A stretch of 43,813 nt of DNA, from IMG/VR virus record IMGVR_UViG_3300036793_000032, positions 1 through 43,813 of that record. The stretch is one strand, 5' to 3'. Source of the DNA: a virus. Taxonomy: Duplodnaviria > Caudoviricetes. A program made the translations under genes and the position numbers. The notes beneath the pieces are model-generated. The model ran no database searches and was not told the DNA's origin. It saw only the letters and a program-made list of their open reading frames with translations. Shown piece after piece: positions 17,470 through 25,733 of the stretch. Position 1 is the first letter of the stretch, and every line of letters starts with the position of its first letter.

Positions 17470-17684
17470 TGTGACACTTTCCATGTTTTCGAGCCCGCAA
17501 ACCGGGGCTGGAATTGTCACAGAGAATTGAAAGTGAAGGGGATTTTTCGGCCTGTCACGCCGGAGGTCGCGGGTTCGAGCCCCGTCTCTCGCGCCAAAAT
17601 CCATCAGGAACTCAATCATTTATTGATCTCCAGATTTTCTGGACTTCGCGAGAAGTGTCACAAGGTCCGGCGCTGTGACACTTT
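17470..17684. promoter_or_regulatory. Putative integrase arm-type sites (TGTGACACTT motif x4)
   Basis: TGTGACACTTT at 17470 and 17674; inverted AAGTGTCACA at 17653 and AATTGTCACA at 17512; two on each side of the core. Confidence 0.7.
17548..17596 (+). other. attP core: 3' 49 nt of tRNA-Asp(GTC)
   Basis: CGGCCTGTCACGCCGGAGGTCGCGGGTTCGAGCCCCGTCTCTCGCGCCA has the anticodon stem-loop (GTC), T-loop GGTTCGAG and a CCA end but no 5' half; 23 bp from the integrase stop. Confidence 0.92.
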
Positions 17685-18939
17685 TAGCCCGGTTTTGTTC
17701 TAGAAGCCTAGCCCCGACAACGCGGGCTTCGTCGAATCGACGGGCGCTCACGACATTGGTCGGGTTGTAGGTTTTTCGGAGCCGATTGTTGGCCGCGACC
17801 GTATTCGCCATCTTGTTGGATTGATCGGTGACAGTGCCGCCGCCGGCATCGCCCTCGACGGCGCCAGAGCGCCGCATATCGGCCAACTGTCGGGTGTCGG
17901 TCTTGTCGATCGCCTCGCGTACGTCCCGGAAGTCATCCCCCAGCGTGTCCTTGCTGTAGGCGTTCCCAGACCGGTTGCGGAAGATCGGAGCATTCGGCGC
18001 GATCTCGACGTCTATCTTTGCCAGATAGGCCCGCAGGATTGCCTCAGACCACGGCGAGAGCGTCGCGGCCGCGGCCTTTCCGGTCTTGGCCCGCCCGATG
18101 GCAAACCAGATGCCATTCAGGTCACTGCGCACTTGGCTCGGGGTCAACCGGCGCACATCGACCGGCGAGCACATCGAATCCCACGCGGTTGCCATGCAGG
18201 CGGCGAGCCCAAAATAGCCCATGCGCCAGGCGCGCTGGACGCGCTTTAGAACCTCTTTCCGGTGCCACATGGCATCGCGCGGCTGCGGCGCCGAATTCGC
18301 GAACGACTTTGCCGGATCCTCACGATCGCCGACATAGCCGCCCATGGCCTTCATCTTCGTCCAGAAGGCGCGCCAGACCTTGATGACGCGGTGCCGCTCA
18401 GTAATCGAGACTTTCTCGATTTTTGGCACCAGCCCGGCCGGCTTGCCGGTGCGGGGATCGATCCGCAGGAAGTGCTCCGGCACGATCGTCTTGGGGTCAC
18501 AGTCGGCGAATTCAGGCTCGAGCCATTTCCAGGCTCTGGGCCAGTCGTCGCGGCTTTCCTGCTCCTTGGTCCACACGACACCCTTTTGAAGGCGTTCGGC
18601 TTTCCGGATCTCCATGGCTCGTTGGTAGGCCTCGCCGAGACTTCCTGCCGGGTAAGCTTTCAGCGTCGTTCTGGCCGGCGAGGGCGCTTGCCCCGAGCGC
18701 ACCCTGTCCCATGCGTCATTGAGTGCGATGGCGCGCTGCCGGTCCTCGAGGTTCGCTTCGGGGAGTCCATCGACGTCCTGGCGGGGACCGCCTCGTCCCA
18801 TGGTCACGAGGCCAAATCCGAACTCACGCATGGTCTTAGTTGGCCGCCAGCGCCAGCGGCCATTGATGTAGAGGAAGTAGCGAATTTGATCGCTGCCCAC
18901 AGGAAGCCGCCCCAGCACAATCTGAAGTCTGTTAGACAC
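17620..18939 (-). CDS. int: Tyrosine-recombinase-family integrase with a non-canonical active site
   Basis: RAKTGK, PIFRN, DDFRDVR, LADMRRS, RKTY; adjacent to the tRNA-derived attP. Confidence 0.85.
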   Translation of the reverse strand: MSNRLQIVLGRLPVGSDQIRYFLYINGRWRWRPTKTMREFGFGLVTMGRGGPRQDVDGLPEANLEDRQRAIALNDAWDRVRSGQAPSPARTTLKAYPAGSLGEAYQRAMEIRKAERLQKGVVWTKEQESRDDWPRAWKWLEPEFADCDPKTIVPEHFLRIDPRTGKPAGLVPKIEKVSITERHRVIKVWRAFWTKMKAMGGYVGDREDPAKSFANSAPQPRDAMWHRKEVLKRVQRAWRMGYFGLAACMATAWDSMCSPVDVRRLTPSQVRSDLNGIWFAIGRAKTGKAAAATLSPWSEAILRAYLAKIDVEIAPNAPIFRNRSGNAYSKDTLGDDFRDVREAIDKTDTRQLADMRRSGAVEGDAGGGTVTDQSNKMANTVAANNRLRKTYNPTNVVSARRFDEARVVGARLLEQNRAKSVTAPDLVTLLAKSRKSGDQ

Positions 18940-19132
18940 CCAGCTTCTCCCGAGCGTCGCGGAGCCTTGGTTCCCCTGTCAAGCCGGTTCGGGGCGCTTT
19001 CACCGTGTTTCCGCCGGCTTCCGTCATCACAGTTCCGTCTGACCGGATCCCCACAACCCGCAAGCCAGCCGCCTGCGCAGCCTTGATGGCTCGTTCGATG
19101 GCTCGCTGCGTATAGGGATTCCGGCGTGTCAT
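18932..19132 (-). CDS. Putative excisionase/recombination directionality factor
   Basis: Small basic protein (YTQRAIERAIKAAQAAGLRVVGIRSDGTV) overlapping the int start. Confidence 0.55.
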   Translation of the reverse strand: MTRRNPYTQRAIERAIKAAQAAGLRVVGIRSDGTVMTEAGGNTVKAPRTGLTGEPRLRDAREKLGV

Positions 19133-19136
19133 GGTT

Positions 19137-19325
19137 TTAGTTGCCCGTGGATTGCGATGGATTGTCGCCGAAACGGCGCAGCGGCGTTTTGAGCGCCGTC
19201 GAGAGAAAGCGATCGAGATCATCGAGCCTTCCCTTTTCCACGGTCAATTCAAGCGAGCCCGTAACGATCGGGATGTAGAGTCGCCACTGCTCGCCTTCGT
19301 CATAGATTCCGATGTCTGCGACCAT
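19137..19325 (-). CDS. Hypothetical protein
   Basis: GAAGGGG RBS; operon packing. Confidence 0.5.
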   Translation of the reverse strand: MVADIGIYDEGEQWRLYIPIVTGSLELTVEKGRLDDLDRFLSTALKTPLRRFGDNPSQSTGN

Positions 19326-19348
19326 GGTTGCCCCTTCAACTAGTTAAG

Positions 19349-19531
19349 TCAGTCTGTTGCGGTTGGGATTTCGATAACATCGTAGCCCCATGCCTTGCAG
19401 ATCGTCGTCTCGCTGGCGGCATCGCTTGCCTCGATTTCGCTTTTGAACTCGGCTGGAACGTTGTCGTCGCCATCAGTTACGATGACGAGCTTTTTGTTCC
19501 GTGGATTCCGAGTGACAAGAATGAAGCTCAT
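19349..19531 (-). CDS. Hypothetical protein
   Basis: GAGGT RBS. Confidence 0.6.
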   Translation of the reverse strand: MSFILVTRNPRNKKLVIVTDGDDNVPAEFKSEIEASDAASETTICKAWGYDVIEIPTATD

Positions 19532-19556
19532 GGAGACCTCGCGCAGTGTGTGGTGT

Positions 19557-19757
19557 TTAACGATGCCAGTGCGTCGGCCGGTAGTAGACGTACATGCTCC
19601 GATCCGGAAAGAACCAGAGATTGCCGATCCGGATCAGCTTTGCGATATTGCGTTCGCCTTCGCTGTCATCGATCTTGGTCCAGATCACTTCGTTCTCGGG
19701 AGCCGTCCAGCGGCCGACCGATGATGTCGGCGATGCAGTCAGATGCCATTCGGTCAT
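19557..19757 (-). CDS. Hypothetical protein
   Basis: TKIDD..GERN...GNLWFFPDRSMYVYYRPTHW; ATGA coupling. Confidence 0.65.
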   Translation of the reverse strand: MTEWHLTASPTSSVGRWTAPENEVIWTKIDDSEGERNIAKLIRIGNLWFFPDRSMYVYYRPTHWHR

Positions 19758-19936
19758 GGTGTGCCCTGTGCGCTCTTTTGGGTGAACTGCGCCGCCTCGT
19801 GAGCCTTGGCCGCCTTGATGATCGCCCTTATGATGCTCCAACGTTCGTCCATCGGGAAAATCTCGTAGAACATCGGGTCTTCGTGGCATGCGGCTTCGTC
19901 GCAGACGAAAATCAGCGCATCGTCTTTCTTGCTCAT
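19754..19936 (-). CDS. Hypothetical protein
   Basis: MSKKDDAL start, coupled at both ends. Confidence 0.55.
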   Translation of the reverse strand: MSKKDDALIFVCDEAACHEDPMFYEIFPMDERWSIIRAIIKAAKAHEAAQFTQKSAQGTP

Positions 19937-20484
19937 TTGGAGTTTCCTACATCGCCTGTTAAAGCATCTCGGGCGAGCTTCCGAACGAAAGCTAGCGCCA
20001 TTCCCGCATCGCAACTGGGCGCGGAATTATCCTCACAGACAGCGACAATTTGTCGGAGCACCGTTTCCCGCGTCGGCTGCGCCTGCGCTGATGCGGCGAG
20101 GCGGGTGATCGCGTCGGCGGCTTCAGCGAAGATGCGGCGGTTTTCGGGCCCAAGCTTTCCGCTCGTCGAATAGTGATCCTGCAGAGTGTGAAGCCGATCA
20201 AGGAGCCCGCTCAACTCCGGCTCGGAGGAGCGAGCGGCGAGGCGGTCAGTGACGGCCTTGGCGCATGCGCACGGCGGGAATTGGCAGACATCCTTGCCAA
20301 AGCAGGTTGAGGCTAGCAACGTCTCAAGGACCTGCAGATCGGCTCCGTGATCGCGCTCCCCTGGGGATGAAAGAGCGGCGCGGGTGTTCTCAATGGCCGA
20401 GTTGTAACCGCTCGCCCACGCACTAGCCTCGTCTGCGCTGTACCAGGCCGGCGCGTCGGAAGGCTTCTTTTCTAAATTGGTCAT
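19933..20484 (-). CDS. Hypothetical, modular accessory protein
   Basis: Coupled start/stop; AWASGYNSA motif. Confidence 0.6.
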   Translation of the reverse strand: MTNLEKKPSDAPAWYSADEASAWASGYNSAIENTRAALSSPGERDHGADLQVLETLLASTCFGKDVCQFPPCACAKAVTDRLAARSSEPELSGLLDRLHTLQDHYSTSGKLGPENRRIFAEAADAITRLAASAQAQPTRETVLRQIVAVCEDNSAPSCDAGMALAFVRKLARDALTGDVGNSK

Positions 20485-20810
20485 TTAGGAATCTCGCCAA
20501 GGCAAACGACTTTGCTCGCATATTCATGCTGGGTGTAGTGCTTGCCGGTGTAGTGGCGGAAGCCGGCGGCGATCGCCATGGCAGCAAAAGCGAACGAAGC
20601 GGCCTGATGAGCCAGCTCGCGCGGGAACGGAAAAGAGAGGCGATGATCGATCACAAAATCGATTTCCTCGCCTCGGTCGTACATTGCGACGTGAGGCATC
20701 AGACGCCCATCGATGACGACGGAACAGCCTCCGTTCTCTGGGCCGGTCATTTCTTTAATCAGATCGCGCTTTGGTTCCAAAGGAAAGTCAGTCACGTTGC
20801 TCATTTGCAT
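20481..20810 (-). CDS. Hypothetical protein
   Basis: MSNVTDFP type N-terminus. Confidence 0.65.
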   Translation of the reverse strand: MQMSNVTDFPLEPKRDLIKEMTGPENGGCSVVIDGRLMPHVAMYDRGEEIDFVIDHRLSFPFPRELAHQAASFAFAAMAIAAGFRHYTGKHYTQHEYASKVVCLGEIPK

Positions 20811-20814
20811 CCTG

Positions 20815-21144
20815 CTATTTTGCGAGTGGTTGGCTCAGACCCGGGCACGGGCCGACCGCTACGTCATCATGTGGCGTATGGCAGTGAACGCATGGATCGC
20901 CGAAATGCCGCGGAGGAGGGCCGCCATGCGCTTCGCAGGCCAGCCCAGGAATGTAGCCGTTGTACCGACCATCAAAGCGATGCCGCTCGCCCGTATACGC
21001 ATCGCGCCATGTGCGACCCGGTGGTCGCTCCCCATACGCCGGCTTATTGCAGAATCCGTCCGGACAACCGCCCATCCACATTGGCACTGAGCACTTGCCG
21101 ACGCCGTTCGTAAGCTCGTGGTGCCATTTCAGCGTGCTAGCCAT
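20815..21144 (-). CDS. Cys/His-rich hypothetical protein
   Basis: GKCSVPMW..GCPDGFC...RFDGRYNGYIPGLAC..HGGP. Confidence 0.7.
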   Translation of the reverse strand: MASTLKWHHELTNGVGKCSVPMWMGGCPDGFCNKPAYGERPPGRTWRDAYTGERHRFDGRYNGYIPGLACEAHGGPPPRHFGDPCVHCHTPHDDVAVGPCPGLSQPLAK

Positions 21145-21223
21145 TTGAAAACCTTTCTCTAACGAGACAGAAACGCTGACCCGAGCTGCACCGTTACGCT
21201 CACGTTGACGATTTTCGGCTTGC

Positions 21224-21622
21224 TCATGTCGTCACCTTTGCTCGGTTCGCTCTTAGAATCGCTTCGCCAATTTCGTCATCGCCGGATACGGCATAAAGTG
21301 AGAGAGCCAGAGTGAATGGGTCGATTCCGAACTTGGCCCAGAACTTCAGCTCTTCCATCGAATGCTGCATGTCGTGATGCGTGCGGCAAAGTGGCGTGAT
21401 CCATTTGTCACTTGGCTTTTCCTGGAGTCCGGTAGATGACTTGCCGTGCACGGCGCTTGCAGTGCGGATATGAGCGGCATCCGGATTCGGAGCGCCGCAG
21501 ATACAACACCGCAATGTCCCGATCCACTTTCGATGAGCATCGTCCTTTGCGCGCGGGCGCCGTTGCTTGGTCGAAGCAACGGAGAAAGCCGTGTCGGGTC
21601 GGATTATCCTTTGCGGCTTCAT
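21224..21622 (-). CDS. DUF968-like/HNH-fold putative nuclease
   Basis: HRKWIGTLRCCICG...DAAHIR...KPSDKWITPLCRTHH..QH. Confidence 0.75.
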   Translation of the reverse strand: MKPQRIIRPDTAFSVASTKQRRPRAKDDAHRKWIGTLRCCICGAPNPDAAHIRTASAVHGKSSTGLQEKPSDKWITPLCRTHHDMQHSMEELKFWAKFGIDPFTLALSLYAVSGDDEIGEAILRANRAKVTT

Positions 21623-22059
21623 GCGGAGACCCTCAACCACGCCTGGTATTCGTCATCCAACTGTTTCCAGATGACGCGGGCCTTATGATTGGTGGCGAGC
21701 TCGGAGCGCGATTTCACACCACAGATCAGACGAACGCATTCTGCGGAATCAGCGAGGGCTTCTCTCCAATTGTCCGGATGGTTTTCTTTCAGAAATGACA
21801 TGAACACCGCTTCCTCGCATCGCATCCCTGCCTGCTGTTGCGGCGACAGATCCCGCCAATCGCGCCTTGATGAGGGGGGCGGACTGCCGCCCTTGAGTGC
21901 AGCAATCCCGAACCAACGTTCCTGTGATGGCGCTGGCATGCCGCCGAGCACCTCATAGGCCGCATCTGCGTCCTGAAGTGGAATCTCCATGACGACTTGG
22001 ATTACGCTTCGGGTCTTGATCAGCTTCCAGTCTGCGTAACACGCGCGGAAAGCGGTCAT
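21619..22059 (-). CDS. Conserved recombination-module hypothetical protein
   Basis: YADWKLIKTRSV.QVVMEIP; QQAGMRC...F..FL; CGVKSRSEL. Confidence 0.7.
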   Translation of the reverse strand: MTAFRACYADWKLIKTRSVIQVVMEIPLQDADAAYEVLGGMPAPSQERWFGIAALKGGSPPPSSRRDWRDLSPQQQAGMRCEEAVFMSFLKENHPDNWREALADSAECVRLICGVKSRSELATNHKARVIWKQLDDEYQAWLRVSA

Positions 22060-22760
22060 GCTGCTTTCCTCGTAAGCTCGGCTCTCGCAATGACGAGCGC
22101 CTTCAGGCCGTCAACTTCAGACTTGGATAGTTCAAAGTCCCGACGTGCTTGCGATTGCTCGTCAGATCGCCACCAATTAGCGAGATCGCCCGAATCGGTG
22201 AAGGTCGCGATCTTTTTTTCGCACTCCTCAATGAAGAGCTTTCGGCTCTCATCTCCGACTGCGGGAGCCGCTTTGGGATGGGAGGCCGGGACCGAGGCGA
22301 TAGCTGCTGCACCTCGGCGCAGTATCGCCTCAAGCTTAGCGTGCTCACCGTCCGCAATTTTGTAGGATTTACCCATGGGTTCGATCGCAACCCATGTAGC
22401 CGGAATATCGTATAGATACCGACCAATCCCAAACCTGACTGCGGCGCGCTTGAACGCATCGCTCATCATGCCCTTTTCGGCTTCCACGTCTGTTGCGCCG
22501 GCACCGTCCGCTTTCCAGACCCATTCACCATTGGGCATTCGGACGCCGATGTTGCAGACAATCGCCGTGCCCGCTATGGTATAGGTGTTCTGCCAGTTCT
22601 CAGGGCCGCAGACTTCATCTAGGCGCTGCATCACGTCGCGGGCATCGATGTAGCCGAATGCGAGACCTTTCTTCTTGTCCTGCGTGGTGCTACCGACCCG
22701 CCAGGAGACGCGATCGGGAGGGAAGGGCGCTTTCAATTTGTCGAACATCTTAAAGCCCAT
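22056..22760 (-). CDS. Rad52/Rad22-family (Sak-like) single-strand annealing protein
   Basis: LKAPFP..VSWRVG...YIDARDVMQRLDEVCGPENWQ...EAEKG..SDAFKRAAVRFGIGRYLY. Confidence 0.92.
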   Translation of the reverse strand: MGFKMFDKLKAPFPPDRVSWRVGSTTQDKKKGLAFGYIDARDVMQRLDEVCGPENWQNTYTIAGTAIVCNIGVRMPNGEWVWKADGAGATDVEAEKGMMSDAFKRAAVRFGIGRYLYDIPATWVAIEPMGKSYKIADGEHAKLEAILRRGAAAIASVPASHPKAAPAVGDESRKLFIEECEKKIATFTDSGDLANWWRSDEQSQARRDFELSKSEVDGLKALVIARAELTRKAA

Positions 22761-22980
22761 TCTCTTTCTGCCCGTCCCGACGCTTCACAAAGCAGGGACA
22801 ATGACCAAGATTGATATTGGCGCAACGATTGTATGGTTCGGCGTGGACCCAAAGGGTAGGGGCCACTGCGTTGAGGTTTTCCAGACGAGGAAACTTGACG
22901 CATAGCCATGACCGCGGAGATTGCTTCCGGCTTTGTTCGTGTACGTTGTCGCAATCTTCACACGCCGTAAGCTGCATCAC
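22750..22980 (-). CDS. Cys-rich hypothetical protein
   Basis: CEDC...WLC...PYNRCANIN.GHCPCF. Confidence 0.65.
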   Translation of the reverse strand: MMQLTACEDCDNVHEQSRKQSPRSWLCVKFPRLENLNAVAPTLWVHAEPYNRCANINLGHCPCFVKRRDGQKENGL

Positions 22981-23201
22981 GCCTGCTCCGATGGCTTGGC
23001 GTGATAGAGCGCCTTGGCTCCGGAAATCTGTGTTAATGCGTTCCTCAGGACTTCCTCAGCCTGAGATAATTCGGTTTCCGCAATGGTCTCAAATCCAGGC
23101 TTGACGGAAAGCAGTCTGGCATGTCGGGCAGCCATTGCTGCTCCACTTTCGATGAAATGAAGGTGAGGACGAACTTCTCGATCCCAATCAGCCAAAGTCA
23201 T
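22977..23201 (-). CDS. Hypothetical protein
   Basis: Coupled ORF with GGAG RBS. Confidence 0.6.
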   Translation of the reverse strand: MTLADWDREVRPHLHFIESGAAMAARHARLLSVKPGFETIAETELSQAEEVLRNALTQISGAKALYHAKPSEQA

Positions 23202-23362
23202 GCTGCGATCTCCATCTCACGCGCCACGAGGGCCAATTCTTCGTTGTGCTTGGCGAGCTCCGCGGCCAACTGATCGATGCGCTTGATCCGTTCGGGGGGC
23301 GACAATGCCCAGAGAGCTTGCCAGCATTGGAGGAGTTCGTTTGCGAGGTCTTGGCTGGTCAC
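23198..23362 (-). CDS. 54-aa hypothetical protein
   Basis: GTG start and stop each overlap a neighbour; MTSQDLANELLQCWQALW...; not in the ORF track. Confidence 0.55.
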   Translation of the reverse strand: MTSQDLANELLQCWQALWALSPPERIKRIDQLAAELAKHNEELALVAREMEIAA

Positions 23363-23613
23363 GACACAACCTCATGCTTGAGGAAGTCGCGAGCGTGGTC
23401 GCGCTCGGCCGCAACGGCATCGGCCCGCGGATCGCTTTCGTCATCGGAATTGCCCACCACCTCATTGAGGTCTGCGATCGCAGCAAGGCGGGTGTGGCCA
23501 TAGCCCCGGACCCGGCCGTCATCCTGTTCGCGGTAAGCGCCATACTCGCCATTCGGGCACAAGCCCGTGATGACCGTTGCATCCTGGAAGTAGTGGGTGC
23601 GCTGGTTGATCAT
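23359..23613 (-). CDS. Hypothetical protein
   Basis: AGGAG RBS; GYGHTRLAAIADL. Confidence 0.65.
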   Translation of the reverse strand: MINQRTHYFQDATVITGLCPNGEYGAYREQDDGRVRGYGHTRLAAIADLNEVVGNSDDESDPRADAVAAERDHARDFLKHEVVS

Positions 23614-23622
23614 CGTTCGCTC

Positions 23623-23715
23623 CTACCAGCCGAGTAGATTGCAGGACGCGGCCAACATGACCGGGACAACAATGGGGGTCAGGAAGATAAGGATTCCGAA
23701 GGTTTTCATGTTCAT
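23623..23715 (-). CDS. 30-aa membrane peptide
   Basis: AGGA RBS; MNMKTFGILIFLTPIVVPVMLAASCNLLGW. Confidence 0.45.
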   Translation of the reverse strand: MNMKTFGILIFLTPIVVPVMLAASCNLLGW

Positions 23716-23718
23716 GTC

Positions 23719-24063
23719 CTACTGAGGAGCGAACGCATTTCGGCCGGCGCCGAACTGCTGGTGATGTTTCCGGTGATGGGATCGGCAGAGCCAACGCACG
23801 TCGAGCGGCGCGGCATAATCATCATGATGGGCTTCGACGATCCCTTTCCCGCACACTTCGCAACGCGCGGGTATCAGCTTGCCGCGACACAGAGCTGTCT
23901 GGACAATATCCAATGCGCGCTTGCGCTCTGGGCTAAACCGGGCGCGATGGCGTTTGGCGTAAGCGCGCTCTGAAGCGCGGAAGCATTCACCGCCGCAATA
24001 TTTGATGCGCTTCGAGGAAGCTTCGATCTCTTTCCCGCAAAGTGCGCATTTTAGACTCTGCAT
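23719..24063 (-). CDS. Zn-finger plus HNH-like protein, first gene of the PL operon
   Basis: CALCG...KYCGGEC; CEVCG...EAHHDDYAAPLDVRWLCRSHH. Confidence 0.75.
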   Translation of the reverse strand: MQSLKCALCGKEIEASSKRIKYCGGECFRASERAYAKRHRARFSPERKRALDIVQTALCRGKLIPARCEVCGKGIVEAHHDDYAAPLDVRWLCRSHHRKHHQQFGAGRNAFAPQ

Positions 24064-24098
24064 TGTTTTCGCCGTCTGAAACCATAACTGATTTGCAG

Positions 24099-24152
24099 AC
24101 TTTGCCAGTAGCAAAGTTATTCGTCAAGCGAAAACTTTGCTAATAGCAAATG
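24099..24152 (-). promoter_or_regulatory. PL promoter with two operators
   Basis: Palindromes ACTTTGC-CAGTA-GCAAAGT (24099) and ACTTTGC-TAATA-GCAAATG (24134); - strand -35 TTGACG (24122-24127), 17 bp spacer, CAAAGT. Confidence 0.8.
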
Positions 24153-24168
24153 AGGCCGAAAATTCTTC

Positions 24169-24486
24169 CTAGTGGGTGGTGCGGGAGGACAGTCTAGCGA
24201 GAATTGCAGGGTCGATCCCGGCGATGGCAGAGACGGTGGCCTCGTCAGGAGGCAGTCTCTTCAAGGCCGCTTCAGGGAGCCCCATAGCCTCAGCAATGGC
24301 TGCTAAAGCGCCCGGGCCCGGGTAACGGTCGCCGCTGATAATGAGGGACATGTGAGATTCCCCGATATCGGCCGCTTTTGCCACCTCAACCTGGCTCAAA
24401 CCGAGCCGCCGCAGCCAGGGACCCACATAAAGGGGCGGTTTTGGCTTACGGGGGCGGGGCACGAGAGGCTTTGATTTCTTGACCAT
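24169..24486 (-). CDS. CI-like XRE HTH repressor lacking an S24 peptidase domain
   Basis: WLRRLGLSQVEVAKAADIGESHMSLIISGDRYP HTH; lies between the operator sets, divergent from cro. Confidence 0.8.
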   Translation of the reverse strand: MVKKSKPLVPRPRKPKPPLYVGPWLRRLGLSQVEVAKAADIGESHMSLIISGDRYPGPGALAAIAEAMGLPEAALKRLPPDEATVSAIAGIDPAILARLSSRTTH

Positions 24487-24519
24487 GCCTAATGCATGAC
24501 TCGGGTACCGGCCGGTGTC

Positions 24520-24573
24520 CATTTCCAGCCAGCAAAGAAATGCTTGACAACCGGACTTTGCTATTGGCAAAGT
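24520..24573 (+). promoter_or_regulatory. PR promoter with operators
   Basis: TTGACA at 24544; operator ACTTTGC-TATTG-GCAAAGT at 24555-24573; degenerate copy CATTTCC-AGCCA-GCAAAGA at 24520. Confidence 0.8.
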
Positions 24574-24580
24574 GTCGGGC

Positions 24581-24811
24581 ATGGAAACGAAGCAGCCGCA
24601 CCCCCTCGCATCGTGGATGGACAGCCATCCCGAAATCAGCCAGGCCAAGTTGGCATCCGAGACCGAGTGCTCGGAGCCGCACCTTTCGCTGATCCTTCAA
24701 CGCAAGCGCGGCGTGTCCATGAAGCTGGCTCAACGCTTGAGCGTTGCGACCGGAGGCGCAGTGAGGATTGAAGATTTCTTGCTTGATGAACCGCGTGAGG
24801 CCGCTCAATGA
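24581..24811 (+). CDS. Cro-like HTH regulator
   Basis: SQAKLASETECSEPHLSLILQRKRGVSMKLAQRLSVATGGAV. Confidence 0.85.
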   Translation: METKQPHPLASWMDSHPEISQAKLASETECSEPHLSLILQRKRGVSMKLAQRLSVATGGAVRIEDFLLDEPREAAQ

Positions 24812-25050
24812 GCGAGTACGCTCTCCTTGAGCCGCACCATGATGGAGGTCTTGCCCTCGAGAACCTTCCTGGCTTCTTGGTTGGCCGCATCCGCGCCCGA
24901 CAGGGACATGATCAAGTTCAGTTGCGCACCGGAGCCATGAATATAGCCAACGCAGCGCAGAACGCCGTTGAGCTTTTGAAAACAACCAAATCCATCGAAA
25001 TACATTGTTGGAGCATTCGCGCTCTGAGCAAGAAGTTCTTCTTCGCTCAT
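24805..25050 (-). CDS. Antisense hypothetical protein convergent with cro
   Basis: G-rich RBS; protein-like composition (PTMYFDGFG...NGVLRCVGY). Confidence 0.55.
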   Translation of the reverse strand: MSEEELLAQSANAPTMYFDGFGCFQKLNGVLRCVGYIHGSGAQLNLIMSLSGADAANQEARKVLEGKTSIMVRLKESVLAH

Positions 25051-25275
25051 TCCCCGTCCCCGCCGATTGCTGTTTCTGGTTTTTGTGTGGCGGAGAATGA
25101 TACCGAATTACCTCTACGGCAAGAAATATCTCGCGGAAATCGTCGCGGCAGTGCGCCATGTATCGAAACGGGAAACTTTGAAAACCCCTTATTTGAAGGC
25201 TTTTCCTGTCCTCTCCGTATTTCGTCTGATGTGGCCCATACATCACTCGTCCACCTGTTCCAATGAGGAACTGCA

Positions 25276-25368
25276 ATGACGTGGCACTTCGTTCTCGCAA
25301 TCTACTTTCTCGCGCAGATCCCGCTGGGTCTCGTGATTGGCAAAGCAATTCGATGGGGGCGGCAATGA
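25276..25368 (+). CDS. 30-aa membrane peptide
   Basis: GAGGA RBS; MTWHFVLAIYFLAQIPLGLVIGKAIRWGRQ; ATGA-coupled to the next gene. Confidence 0.5.
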   Translation: MTWHFVLAIYFLAQIPLGLVIGKAIRWGRQ

Positions 25369-25604
25369 ACGTCCGGCCGATGACGGGGGCATATCACCAG
25401 CCGGACGCTCTGCACGCGGATACGCTGCGTGACATGTGTATTCCTTCAGGATCGGTCCTTGTTCCCGAACCTCCTTTCGAAAGAGGCGAGCTCGCGCAAG
25501 CGGCGGTTGACTGCCTCTGTGTGCTCGTCGGCTTTCTTCTGCTCGTCGCTACTGCGCTGAGCATCCCGGTCAGCCTCTTTCTTCTGTTCTTCGTGTCGCT
25601 TTGA
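25365..25604 (+). CDS. Small membrane protein
   Basis: MNVRPMTG start; hydrophobic C-terminus. Confidence 0.55.
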   Translation: MNVRPMTGAYHQPDALHADTLRDMCIPSGSVLVPEPPFERGELAQAAVDCLCVLVGFLLLVATALSIPVSLFLLFFVSL

Positions 25605-25733
25605 AAAGCAGGCTTCTAATAGTTTCGTGAACCGTTTGGCTGCCAGGCCGATGGGTTCGAAAGTCGAGTGTTCGTCGTGTGTGTTGTTTGATGCGTCCTT
25701 CATGCCGTCAATAAACAGCGTGGAGTTTCAAAA

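Noticed and set aside
17548-17596. Functional tRNA-Asp gene
   Set aside because: The 5' acceptor strand and D-arm are absent; it is the att core
17428-17619. 63-aa ORF MIEFLMDFGARDGARTRDLRRDR
   Set aside because: Antisense translation of the tRNA fragment, a typical shadow ORF
18262-20173. Long + strand ORFs (18262-19086, 19328-20173)
   Set aside because: Antisense to int and the tightly coupled - strand operon; composition not protein-like
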